Shown here: piece after piece, positions 20,408 to 32,750 of the stretch
How positions within the stretch are numbered: the first letter of the stretch is position 1
Layout: the number at the start of each line of letters is the position of its first letter
Assembly: GCA_000004695.1 (NCBI GenBank)
Contig: CM000151.3
Coordinates: 2,016,001-2,080,000, forward strand
From: Dictyostelium discoideum
Lineage: Eukaryota
Length of the DNA: 64,000 nt
Direction of reading: 5' to 3'
Notes under the pieces: generated by a model
The model's input: only the letters and a program-made list of their open reading frames with translations
Databases searched by the model: none
Told to the model about the DNA's origin: nothing
Translations under genes and position numbers: made by a program

Positions 20408-20935
20408 TCAACATATTCTTTGATAACTTGGTATATTGGACCCCCATCTTGTAGACGATGCACTAGATGGTTTACGTGAATGACCTTTACTAAATACACT
20501 TGCACCTGGTTGTGGTACAACTGGTGATAATGGATTCTTATTTAGCATCATCATTGACATCATTGTATTTAAATTTTGTGCTGATGCTTGTTTACCTAAA
20601 TATGAAAATGGTGATGTTGTTGATGTTGCTGTTGGTGTATTTGATGATGGTGATGTTGATTTATTTGTATGTTGTTGTTGTTGTTGTTGTAATAATGATA
20701 AATTTGCTGAATTTCTTTTTGGTAATGTTGGTGATGTTGATTTTGTTGATGGTATAGTTGGTAATGATGAAATTCCAACAGATGATTTTAATCCTCCACC
20801 ACCACCACTACTACCACTATTTGGTGGCATACCTAATGATGTCTTTAATCCAGTTGGTGATGTAGGTGAAGGTGCATTTGATTTCTTTTGATCTAATACT
20901 GATAATCTTGCACTTAATCTTGGTGGTGCACTCAT
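20408..20935 (-). CDS. Ser/Thr/Pro-rich ORF of 175 aa with a genuine ATG; it directly abuts exoc7 in a different frame, so it may be the 5' part of exoc7 disrupted by a frameshift, or a separate small gene
   Basis: There is a real ATG at 20935 in tttaaATGAGT context with a very AT-rich upstream region. The encoded sequence MSAPPRLSARLSVLDQKKSNAPSPTSPTGLKTS...SRKPSSASSTRWGSNIPSYQRIC has typical Dictyostelium low-complexity composition. Its TGA at 20408 lies only 5 nt upstream of a TAG at 20401-20403 that closes the exoc7 frame, and no intron-sized splice solution exists between the two frames. Confidence 0.4.
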   Translation of the reverse strand: MSAPPRLSARLSVLDQKKSNAPSPTSPTGLKTSLGMPPNSGSSGGGGGLKSSVGISSLPTIPSTKSTSPTLPKRNSANLSLLQQQQQQHTNKSTSPSSNTPTATSTTSPFSYLGKQASAQNLNTMMSMMMLNKNPLSPVVPQPGASVFSKGHSRKPSSASSTRWGSNIPSYQRIC

Positions 20936-21249
20936 TTAAAAAAACAATATAAAAATATAATTATATTATATATTATATAATTATATTATATGTTTTTTTT
21001 TTTTTTTTTTTAATATTACAAGTTTTATTGTTGAAAATTAAAAAAGAGAAATAAAATTATATTATATGTTTTTTTTTTTTTGAATTTTTTTTTTTTGTTG
21101 ATTTTTTTTTTTTTTTTTTTTTTTTAATTTAATTAAATTTTTTTTTTTTACAGAATAAAAAACCATTTTTCGTTGTTTATTTCATTTTTTTTTTATTTTT
21201 TTTATTTGTTCTTCATCCAATAGATGAGTTGAAAAAAAAAAAAAGGAAA

Positions 21250-23714
21250 ATGGCTAATGAAATAATTACACCTACTGAAGGTGAATTAAAAAGTAAGTAT
21301 CCCCTTTTTATTTTTTTTCATTTTATTTTTATAGTATTTTAAATTAAATTATTAATTTTTATTATAACATAAAAAAAAAAAAAAAAAAAGCTATCATTGA
21401 TAAAACAGCAGCATATGCAGCAAAATTAGGTGAGAGTTTTGAAAATAAAGTTAAACAAAGAGAAGGACACAATGCAAAATTTAATTTTATGAAAGAAGGA
21501 GATCAATATTATCCTTATTATAGAAATAAAATTGTAGAGAATAAAGCAAAAATTCAAGCAGATGCAGCAGCAGCTGCCGCAGCTGCAAATCCAAAAACTC
21601 CTTCTACTACCACCACCACAACAACAACCACAACAGCAACAACACCACTACCAACAGCAACAGCAACAACAACATCACCAACTCCAACAACATCATCAAC
21701 TATAGTACCAGTACCTCAAACAAATTCAACTCAACAACTACAACAACAACAACAACAACAACAACAAACAACACCAGTATTTGAAAAACCACAACCTCCA
21801 CCCCCACCACCACCAAAAAAAGAACCAACACAACCTGATCCACTTTTATATATTTTAGATGTACCTGATTTTATGACCCCATTAGAATTGTAAGTTGTAA
21901 AATTAATTAATTTTATTGTATCTATCATATTAATTTATTAATTTTTTTTTTTTTAATAATTATTACTCTCTAGAGATACAATTAGATTAACAGCACAATT
22001 TATTGCAAAAAATGGTGATAGTTTTTTTATGGAATTAGCAAGTAGAGAAGTAAAGAATAGTCAATTTGATTTTTTAAAACCAACCAATCATTTGTATGAA
22101 TGGTTTAGAGCATTGGTAGAATCCTATGCTCAAATTATATATCCACCACAAGGTATAAAGGAGCAATTAAAGTCAAACTATTTCTCCAATAAACAAACCA
22201 TTCTAGAGAGAGCAATGAATCGTTGTGAATATAATCAACTCAAAGAGATTGAGGAACAAAAGAAAGAGGAGCGTGAGGATGAGGAGAAAACAATCATTGC
22301 CTCAATTGATTGGCATGATTTTGTAATTGTAGATACCATTGAATTCAATGAGGATGATTTAGACGACTTACCACAACCAAGAACATTTGACCAACTGATT
22401 GCTGGTGATACACCATTTGGTGGCAGTGATTTCGATAATGATGGTCATGGTTCAAATGGTAAAGGTGGTCAAGATATGGAGATGGAGATGGATATGGAGA
22501 TGGAGATGGATGATGAAGATAATAATAATAATGAGGATGAGATTGAAGAATCATCATTATCGTCAACAAATACAACAGGTAATTTACCACCAAAAGATCA
22601 ATCAAAATTAAAAATTGTTAAAGATTATCAAAAATCAAATTCATCTGTTAAATCTAATGCACCAACAAAATTAACTCAGTTATGTCAATTTTGTAAACAA
22701 GAGATACCATTGGACGAAATGCAAGAACATATGAGAATTGAATTAATTCAAAAACAACAAAGAGATTCGAGATTGGGTGGTGGTGGTAGTAGTAATAATA
22801 ATAATAATTTAACAAATACTTTAACTCAAGATGACGATATCGCAAGAAATCTTCAATCATTTGCAAGTAAAAGAGTTGATATCTTTGGTGAAACAGAATC
22901 TTCTAAGAAACAAGATGAACAACCAACTCAAGCACCAAAAGTTATTTGGGATGGTCATTCTGGTAGTATTCCAAGAGTACAAGCTGCTCAACAAGCTGCT
23001 CAATTAGCTGCTCAACAAGCTGCTCAACAAAAAGCTGCTGCTATTGCTGCTCAACAAGCATCTCAGCAACAAGCATCTCAACAACAACAACAACAATTAC
23101 AACCACCACAACCAATTGGTATTCACCATCATCCACAACGTCATTTACCACCAGGTATGATGCCTCCTGGAATGATGCCACCTGGAATGATGCCACCAGG
23201 TATGATGCCACCTGGAATGGTACCACCACCACCATTTGGTATGATTCCACCTGGAATGGTACCACCACCACCACCAGGTTTAATGATACCAACTGCACCT
23301 CCAGGATTAATGATACCACCAACACAACAACAACAATTACCTCCCCAAACAAATACATCCCCATCCTCATCCTCTTCAATTAAAGTTGAAGAACCTCAAT
23401 CTAAAAAGTTAAAGATTGATGATGTATTAATTCCTGAATCAGTTTGGTTACAAAATAATCCAAACCCTGTCAATTTAACAGTAGAAATGGCTGATAAAAG
23501 TAATATTTATCAAATTACACTTCAACCAACCGATAGTATATCTTTATTAAAAGAGAAAATTAAAGAACTTAATGGTATGCCAACTAATAAACAAAAATTA
23601 CAAGCTCCTGGTTTATCAATTTTAAAAGATACTTGTAGTATAGCTTTTTATAATTTAAAATCATTAGCAATAGTTACTTGTGGTCAAAAAAAAAAAGGCG
23701 GTAAAAAGAAATAG
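21250..23714 (+). CDS. sf3a1: Splicing factor 3A subunit 1 (SF3a120/Prp21-like) with two SURP domains and a C-terminal ubiquitin-like domain; exons 21250..21292, 21391..21889 and 21974..23714, about 760 aa
   Basis: Exon 1 is MANEIITPTEGELK with a A|gtaagt donor. Exon 2 begins after aaaaaag with SURP1 (IIDKTAAYAAKLGESFENKVKQREGHNAKFNFMKEGDQYYPYYRNKI) and ends GAATT|gtaagt. Exon 3 begins after ctctag with SURP2 (IRLTAQFIAKNGDSFFMELASREVKNSQFDFLKPTNHLYEWFRALVESY). It carries a PPGMMPPGMM proline-rich region and the ubiquitin-like fold (IYQITLQPTDSISLLKEKIKELNGMPTNKQKLQAPGLSILKD) before the stop at 23714. The introns are 98 and 84 bp. Confidence 0.8.
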
Positions 23715-23837
23715 TTAATAGATTAATTAATAAATAAAATAAAATAAAATAAAAAAAAAAAAAAAAAAAGGATAGAAAATAATTAAGTAAAAAAAAAAAA
23801 AAAAAAAAATATTAAAAAACAATATTTAAAAATAGAT

Positions 23838-23869
<32 letters not shown>

Positions 23870-25161
23870 ATTAATAAAACATTTATTTAAATAACAATCC
23901 ACAGACAAATTACAAATTTCATCATTTAAATTAATTTGAAAGATCGAAGAAATATTTTTATTTTTATTTTTATTTTTATTTTTATTTTTTATTTTTTTTT
24001 TAAAAAATAAATAATTATAATAATAAAATATTGGAAATATTTATTTTCCATTTTATTTTATTATTTATTTTTTTTAATTTTTTAATTTTTTAATTTTTAA
24101 TTATTTTTTCTTTCAACACACACACCACCAAAACCACGCATTTTACTATTATTAGGATAATTTGCATATAATAGATAAAATATATCTCATTAAAATATTG
24201 GTGTTTTTGTGTTGTCTGTTCTTAACTTTTTTTTAAGGTTTTGAACAAAGTGTTTTTTTATTATTTTTTTTTTACTAAAAATATTTTGATATGGAAACTG
24301 TAGTGTGTTTGTTTTTTTTCATTTTTTTCATTTTTTCAACACATAAAATGGTGTTCTAAAATTAAAAAAAATAAAAAATAAAATAAAAAATAAAATAAAA
24401 AATAATTATTTATAGAAAATATTATACAAAAACCACAATATTTTCACACACACATTTTATATAACTACCCACACCAAAAAAAAAAAAAAAAAACACTTTT
24501 TTTTTAAATGTTTTATATTATTATCAATTTAATTTTTTTTTTTTTTTTTTTTTTTTTTATCATTGTAGAAACAAATAGATAGTTTTAAAATTTTTTTTTT
24601 TTTGTAATCTGTTTAGGTTTGGGGTTTTTTTTAAATAATTTATTTTTGTACTCTTTAATGAGTAATAAAAATAATAAAAATAATAATAATAATAATAATA
24701 ATATAATAGTTAAATTGTAATATATCATCATAAACTATAACAATATTTAATGTGTGTGGTGTTGTTATGTTTTGTTTTAATATATATATATATATTTATA
24801 AAATAATATAATAAAATAAAATAAAATAAAAATAAAATTAAAATTAAATATAATAAAATAATAAAAATAAATTCATAAAATAAAAAAAAATATTTATATA
24901 CTTTATATGTGCCTTAAATATTATTGGTTTTTTTTTATTTTTTATTTTTTTTTTAAGATTAAAATTATTTAACAATAATACACTAGTTACATTTATAATA
25001 ATAAAATCAACTATTAGTAATTGCTGATTGATTATCATATAACAATAAAAAAAAAAAAAAACAAAAAAAAATAAATAAACAAACAAACCTCACAAAATAA
25101 TATTTTTAAAAATAAATAAATTATTAATTGGTGTGATATAATTTTTTTCTTAGTGTTTTGG

Positions 25162-25199
<38 letters not shown>

Positions 25200-25458
25200 C
25201 TTTCTCTTTATTTTATAAATAAAATAATAAAATCATTTGCTTATTATTGCAATAATAAATATTTTAAAATAAATAATTCACTCAAAATTTAAAAACAAAA
25301 TCAATTAAACTATTTCTTTTTTTTTTTATTTTTTTTCTTTCCAACAATTATTTTTTTTAAAAAAAATAATTATTATAAGAATAATTATAAGAATAATTAT
25401 AATAATAATTATAATAATAAGAATAATAATAATAATAATAAAATAATAATTATATATA

Positions 25459-26274
25459 ATGGCAACTTCAACAACAACAACATTAAATTTTCAAATAACA
25501 ACAATAATTATACAAATAACTAGTGAAAATGTAAGTTTTAAATTTAATTATTTTTTTTTTAATCTAATCTTCAAAAAAAAAAAATTTTATGAGGTGTTCA
25601 TAATAATCTTCATAGTTTATTAATTCTTTTTTTTTTTTTTTATTTTTATTTTTTTTTTTTAAAAAATATAGGCAGATAAATTATCAATCGAAAATTCAAT
25701 AAAATCATTTAATTCATTAATTGGAAAAACATATAAAGATAGTCAAATATCAATAGCATTCAGAGAATCATTAACAAAATGGATTGAAATTTCAAATAAT
25801 AGAAATTTTGTAACCAATAAAGTTTTAGAGAATTTTTTAAAGTTTATTCACCAATCTACTTTATTTAAAACATTAAAATTTGATGAATTTATTGGTATGT
25901 GGTTTTCTTTTTTTTTTTTTTTTTTTGTTTGAAAAAAATTACTTGAATTATTTATTAATACATAATTTTAATAATAATTTAAAATTATAATAATTCCTTT
26001 AAAAATATATAGAATATATGAAATGGGCAGAAAGTGAAGATAGGTTAAGAGGTGAAATTGCAATTAATATTTTATGTACTATGGAAGGTTATTCATATTT
26101 TAAAAATTTTGAAAATGGGTTAGATTTTTTATCACAATTTGATTATTTTAAATTATCAATTACAGGAAGTTTTTTATTTTTATTTTTATTACTATTTCTA
26201 AAAAAGTTATTTTTTATTTTTTATTTTTTGTATTATTACTATTTTTAATAATTATTTAATTTTTTATTTTATTA

Positions 26275-26309
<35 letters not shown>

Positions 26310-28097
26310 CAAAAAAAAACAGACTGTTGATAAAGTTAATAAATTTTTAGAAATTTTATTAGAAGAAGATTCAGATTATATAAATATAGAATATATACCA
26401 ATGATGGAAAATATTTTAAATAGAGTTTATTCAACAAATTTATCTACAACATTAATAAAACCATCTCCAAGAATCTTTAATTTCATATTGAATTTAGGAA
26501 AATTACAAGTTGCTGATATTGAAAATCATAAAAAGTTCATTCCAATGTTACGTTCACTTTTGGCAATTTTAGCAATTAATAATATTTCATTTTTAAAATT
26601 AACAAAATTCATTTTTCGTTTAGTTCATATAATTTGTGATATACCACTTTCAAATTATTCTTTTGAAAAAAGACAAACAATTTTTAAAAATCATTATTCT
26701 TCAATTATTCCATTTATTTTTGAAAATTTTATAAATGTAATGTATAAATAAATAAATAAATAAATAATATAAATAAATAATATAAATAATAAAAATAAAT
26801 ATTAATTTTTTTTTTTTTTTTTAAATTTTATATAAAAAAATAGTGTAAAGATGATTTAAATATATTAAAAAATTTATTTGGTGAAATTGTTGAACAATTT
26901 TCATATCAACATTTATTATCATTAATTCAAAATAATAGATTTGAAAAGGTAACATTAAATATTATATCATCATTGAATGCTGGACCAACATTGGAAAAGA
27001 ATATAATGTCAATATTTAATACAATAGTTTGTTTCATTAATTATGATATTCTAAGGGATGATGCATATCAATTACTTGAACATCATATGGCAAATTTTGG
27101 TTGTTACTTGGCAGAGTTACATTCATACATTTTACCATTGGTTTATAAACAACAACATAATTTCCCAATATCAACTTTTAAAGCTTACTTTAAATCTCAT
27201 GAACTTTTAACATTATCACAATTTCCAATTTTATTTAAAAATTTATCAACAACAAGAATTGATATTATTAATCATACTTTATTAACACATAATAAAGAAA
27301 TTATTGAAACTGTAAGTTTAATAATAATTAATAATAAATAAATAAATAAATAAATAATAATAATAATTACTTACCCCTCCCCCCTTTTTTTAAAAAATTA
27401 ATTTTTAAAGCATTTTTATAATTTTATACCAAAATTATTAGAAGTTTTATTAGATAATACTATTGAAAGACCATATTATGTTTTACCAAGTATTGGATCA
27501 TCAATTCAAACAATTGGAAAGAATGAATTTTTTGATAAAGTTGTATTGAATATTTCAAATCATTTATTTTCAATAAAAGTATTAAGATTAGATAATTATG
27601 ATGTTGGTTCAATTGGTGAGATTATATTGGGTTTATTTAAAATTTATAAGGCATATTCAAGGGATTATGTTAATCTTTGGAATTTAGGTATTAATACATT
27701 TTTATATTATTTAAATACAACTTCAACTACAATGTATTTAATACCATATGTAAAGGATATATTAGAGAAGTATCCAATTGATTCAATACCATACGTTAAA
27801 CAATTTGAAGAGAAATTATTAAAGAATTTTGAAATCATTTCAATAAATTCAACAAATAAAGAAATCATTGATCAATATATAGAACTATTTGAAAAGTTAT
27901 CCACTATTAAATATTTCAATTATCTATATAATTATAATTTAAAACCACCCCAATTACAATCATCTTTAAATTCTTCAAATGGTTCTTTGCCAAATTTCAC
28001 TCCTCTTCAAAAATCACAATCAATAAATTCTTTCTCTGGTTCTTCTTCAAATAATTCATTATATAAATCACAATCAATTACAATAATTCATGGTGGA

Positions 28098-28131
<34 letters not shown>

Positions 28132-31100
28132 CATCATCGTCATCTTCAAATGTATTAAATAATAGTAGTAACAGTTTAACAAAATCAACAAGTAATGGCG
28201 TACTATCATCATTTGTAATTCATAAATTTACATTAAATAAGATAATTGATTCTTTAAAATTAGTTAATAGTAAATTTAAGAATCATAAGATTAATCATTC
28301 AATTTTAAAGATTATAGCATCATTATTTAATGAATTTGGTATGGATAAGAAAACTGGTAATATTAAACATATAATTGGTATTTTGAATCAACATGAAATT
28401 GTAGACTTGATTAAATCTTATAATTTAAATAACTCTTTGATTTTATCATCAAATTCAATTTATCAATTGTTTTCATTGGATATGGTTAATGGTATTGGTA
28501 ATGATATTAAAATCTTATTCAATCAATTAGTTAAAGAATCACGTTCTTTCATTTTACAATATTCAAAACAATTCATTAGAGATTTAGTAATAAACTCTGC
28601 TTTAATTGATCAAACTAGTTATGGTAATCAAAATAGTCTATTCATTGGTGACCAGAAATTCAATCACATTCGTTCCTTTTTTAATTTCATTATTTCAATT
28701 AATGGTGACACAATTAATAATTATCTATTGGAAGTTTTATTATTATATTCAAAATATTCAAAAATAAATAATAATAATAATAATAATTCAACTTCTTTAT
28801 CATCACTCTCTTCCTACTCATCAAAGAATTATTATAATCAAGGTAATGAATTATTGGAGAAATTAATTTGTTTTTTAATTGAAGATAATAATCATTTCCC
28901 ATTAAGTCAATCAAATTTAGATTATATTATTCAATTAAGAAGTAAAACTTCTCAACATTTTGTTGAAAGAATTTGGAAAGTTTATGGATTAGAAACTCTT
29001 AAACGTTCAAAATATTTCGATCGTTATTATGAAGTTGTTTCAATTAGTAATACAAAATTTAAATTATCAACAGCTATATTAAATAATATTAATAATAATA
29101 GTAATAATAATACTACAACTATTAATGTTCCAACAAGATCACCATTATCACCAAGACCTTCTGATAATAAAGATTTAACAAATGAAGTTTTACCATCAAG
29201 TAGTAGTAGTTCTATTAGTAGTAGTGGCGGTGGTGGTTCAACCCCATTAGATTCATCATCAACAACAACTACTCCTTCAAATTCATCAGTTACAAGTAAT
29301 AATGGTGGTGATGGAAGTAGTAGCAGTGGCAGTAGTGTGACAAGTAGTGTCGTATCATCACCAGTTGTTGGTGTAAGTGGTGGTGTTAAAACTACATCAA
29401 CTTTAACAACAATTACAAAAACAACATCAGTTGTCGAAACTAAGGTTAATAGATATTCAAATATATCTGGTAATGGTGACATTATTAAATCTTCAACTAC
29501 TGAAATCCTTGAAAAACCAACACAAATCTCATCGGTAACTGAAACTAAAGTTAATAGATATGCAAATATCTCTGGTAATGGTGATATTATTAAACCTTCA
29601 ACTAATGAAGTCCTTGAGAAACCAACACAACTCTCATCGGTTACAACTTCAAAAGCTACCAATAGTACACCAGGTGTTCATACTGCTGCAGGTATTGAAA
29701 TTCTACCAAATAAACAAAATCGTTATTCAAATATCTCTGGTAATGGTGATATTCAAGAATCTGGTAAAACTACATCATTAGCTTATCTTGATAAACCTTC
29801 TTCTTCCTCATCATCATCAAATGAAAATAAAGTTGATCAAACTGCTTCAATTCATAATAATCCTTCAATAGCTACTCATACAACTGGTAGTAGTCATAGT
29901 TTCTTAAAACCTTCAAATAGTGGTGTAAATGTTTTAAATAATGAAATTTATAAACCAACTTTAATTTCCCAAAATTTAATAAATAATAAATTATTATCAC
30001 CAACTTCAGCAACAACAACAACTACCACAACTACAACTACTACATCACCATCATCGTCAACAACAACAACAAACAATTATAATAAAACATCAACAAGTAT
30101 TTCACCAACAATTTCATCTACATCATCAAATTATTCATCACCATATGAATCATTACCACCAAGTCCATCAGTTTCAACAACAATGATTAAACAAAGTAAT
30201 TTTACAAGATCACCATCAGGTAAATCATATCAATTTATTAAATTAAAGAATCATATTGATGATTATGGTTTCTTAATTTTAAATGAATCAAATAAACCAG
30301 TTGTACAACTTGATTCAAAATTGATAAGTTTAATTATTAAACATTATGTAAATGATTTAACAATTGATATAAAGGATAAAATTGATATATTAGGTACAGT
30401 TTCAAGAGAATTCTTTAAATTATTATCAATTGAATTATCAAATCTTAAAACAATTTGTCATTTCATTAGATCAAAACCATTGGTAAATGAATATGATACA
30501 ACTCAATTATCAGATTACTCTTTAATTAAATCAATACCAAATTGTTTTTCAATGGATTCAATTCATAAATTTCCTTTAGTTTTTATTTTATCAAATCATA
30601 ACAAATTATTTAATCAAGTTAATACATTAGAAATTAATCCAAAATCATTATATACTTTTGATTTAATTAATTCTTCAGAACAACAACAACAACAACAACA
30701 ATATCCATTATTAAAAAATTTAATAATTACAAATAATGTTGGTGAATGTGTTAATCCATCATTTAATGGTGAAGATATTGCTTTCCAATGTTTAAAAAAT
30801 TATATTGATCAATTAGAGAGATTGGATTTAAATTATAATTATTCAGGTTTATCATTGGATGGTGCAATGGATTTGGAAAAAGATTTAATAGATTGTCAAC
30901 TTTTAAATGAATTAAATTCATCAAAGAATACTCAATTAAAAACTAGAATCTCTTTGAAGTCAATTCATTCAATGTCAAGTTTAACAGTTTTGTATAATAA
31001 TTTATTATGTAAAAATTTGAAAACACCAATGGTGCCCACTTCAAACACTACTACTACGAATCCTACAATTGTTCTTGTTGAAAATGGGGTTAGTATTAAT

Positions 31101-31835
31101 CAATGTAAATCAATCTTGATTGATGTTAAATTATCAAAACAATGTAAAGATTCAATAATTGATGGTGAACAACAATTTAAAGTTCAAATGGTACCTTTTT
31201 TTAGATCTTTAGATATTCATTATCCAGAGAATGATTTCATATTTAAGCATCCATCTGATAGTTATTTAAATTTACAAAGTTTATCAATTAATTTAAATAC
31301 TAGTACTGCTAATATTGGTAATGGTGGTGGTAGTGGTTCAAATACTCCTTCAAGATCTTCACCAATTCCAGGTGGTGCTGGTGCTGGTACTGGTACAAAT
31401 ATTGGTAATTCACCTGTTGGATTTTCACAATCAACATTTTTAAATCTATATTTAAAGAATAAGAAAATTAAATTATCAAAATTAAAGTTTAAAACCAATT
31501 CATTATCTTTAATTAATCAATTGTTAACTCAATCTCAATTTGAATCATGTTCAAACTCAATTAAAACAATTGAAATTTTAATTGATTTAGATACAAGTAC
31601 AATTCATTATGATCACATGTCTATCATTAATGGTGATTTCTTTGCTTCAGATTTAAATCAATTATTTTCCATTTTGGAAAAGAATAAATCAATTGAAAAG
31701 GTTATTATTTCAACTTCAAATGATCACAATGATATGATTTTCATTGATAGAGATCATTGGAATAGAATTAATACTGGTTCTTTTAAACCAATTAGATTAA
31801 ATTCTTTAAATTTGTTTGAAAGATTTTTATCATAA
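25459..31835 (+). CDS. Large multi-exon gene of unknown function (about 1900 aa) with helical N-terminal exons, a long Ser/Thr-rich centre holding tandem 37-aa repeats, and a C-terminal region with LRR-like periodicity. Exons are 25459..25530, 25672..25894, 26012..26167 (tentative end), 26351..26736 (tentative start), 26844..27311 and 27411..31835
   Basis: The ATG at 25459 is followed by 24 codons and gtaagt. Exon 2 runs from atatag|GCAGATAAA to ATTG|gtatgt. Exon 3 begins after tatatag with EYMKWAESEDRLRG. The exon 4 frame is continuous from at least 26351 (or the cag acceptor at 26321) through MMENILNRVY to AAT|gtaatg at 26736. Exon 5 runs from aaatag|TGTAAAGAT to GAAACT|gtaagt at 27311. Exon 6 begins after tttaaag at 27411 and runs to the stop at 31835. 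All phases are consistent except the exon 3/4 junction, which needs a weak GGAA|gttttt donor. I recognised no domain. The centre carries three repeats of ETKVNRYSNISGNGDIIKSSTTEILEKPTQISSVT. Confidence 0.55.
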
Positions 31836-32227
31836 ATTATCAATTAATAAAATAAATAAAAAAAATTAAATAATAAAAAAAAATTAAAAAAAAAAAAAAA
31901 AAAAAAATTAAAGTGTAACACAATAATCCTATTCTTAATTTTTATCATTTTAAAATTCAATTCATGATTATTCACTGATTAAAATTAAAAAATTAAATTA
32001 AAATAAAATAAAAAATTAATAACAAACTTCCCCACTGAATTAGTACCATATTTAACACAAAACTTATTAAATTTTTTTAAAAAAAAAAAAAAAAAGAGAA
32101 TAAAAAGGTGGAATTTTTCAAAACAAATTATTTTATTATATTTTAAAAATAATTATATCTCTTATTATTTTACAAAAATAAATTTATTACTTTTTATTAT
32201 TGTTTAAAAGAAAAAAATTAAAAACCA

Positions 32228-32593
32228 ATGTCTAATCAAAACAAGTTTATCTGTAAACATATTGGTTGTGGTAAGGAATTTGCTCATTCAAGCTCAAGAA
32301 CTCGTCATCAAAACTCTGTTAAACATAGTTGTTGTGATAATTTATTTAAGTGTTACCCTGAAACTGTTGATCCATCATCTCGTGTTAAATGTCGTCATAC
32401 AAATTGTAATCAATGGGGTCACACTAAACATAGAACTCGCCATGAGAAATGTGGTATCCACAGCAAACCATGCCCTGATGTTTTTTGTGTTGCATGTACC
32501 AGATCCGATGAATTTGTACGTGGAAAACCATGGGTTGAAGATTTTGATCTATTACAATTACCTCCCTTCCATTGCTTTTTTAAATTTGCCTAA
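32228..32593 (+). CDS. Small Cys/His-rich protein of 121 aa with two atypical C2H2-like zinc-finger motifs
   Basis: This is a single ORF with Dictyostelium-like codon usage. It encodes FICKHIGCGKEFAHSSSRTRHQNSVKH (C-x4-C-x12-H-x5-H) and KCRHTNCNQWGHTKHRTRHEKCGIH, plus further Cys pairs. The ATG sits in aaaaccaATGTCT context and flanking DNA is AT-rich. Confidence 0.5.
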   Translation: MSNQNKFICKHIGCGKEFAHSSSRTRHQNSVKHSCCDNLFKCYPETVDPSSRVKCRHTNCNQWGHTKHRTRHEKCGIHSKPCPDVFCVACTRSDEFVRGKPWVEDFDLLQLPPFHCFFKFA

Positions 32594-32717
32594 CAAATTA
32601 AATGACTTAATAATAAATTAAATTATTTAATCAATAAAAATAATAAATAATAAATAATAATAAATATTAATTTAAAATAAAATTATAAAAATAGACTGAA
32701 AATTTAATAATTTTGAT

Positions 32718-32750
<33 letters not shown>

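Noticed and set aside
20404-20600. A GT-AG intron joining the Ser/Pro-rich ORF to exoc7, for example TATTTAG|gtaaac at about 20583 with tctacag at about 20297
   Set aside because: The phases can be made compatible, but the removed segment would be GC-normal and coding-like rather than AT-rich like every other intron here. It would also delete conserved-looking sequence.
26160-26248. C-terminal FLFLFLLLFLKKLFFIFYFLYYYYF tail of track ORF 26018..26248
   Set aside because: This is read-through into a T-rich intron. The real exon must end near 26167 and splice to the downstream exon. In this region the track coordinates appear offset by 1 nt from my reading.
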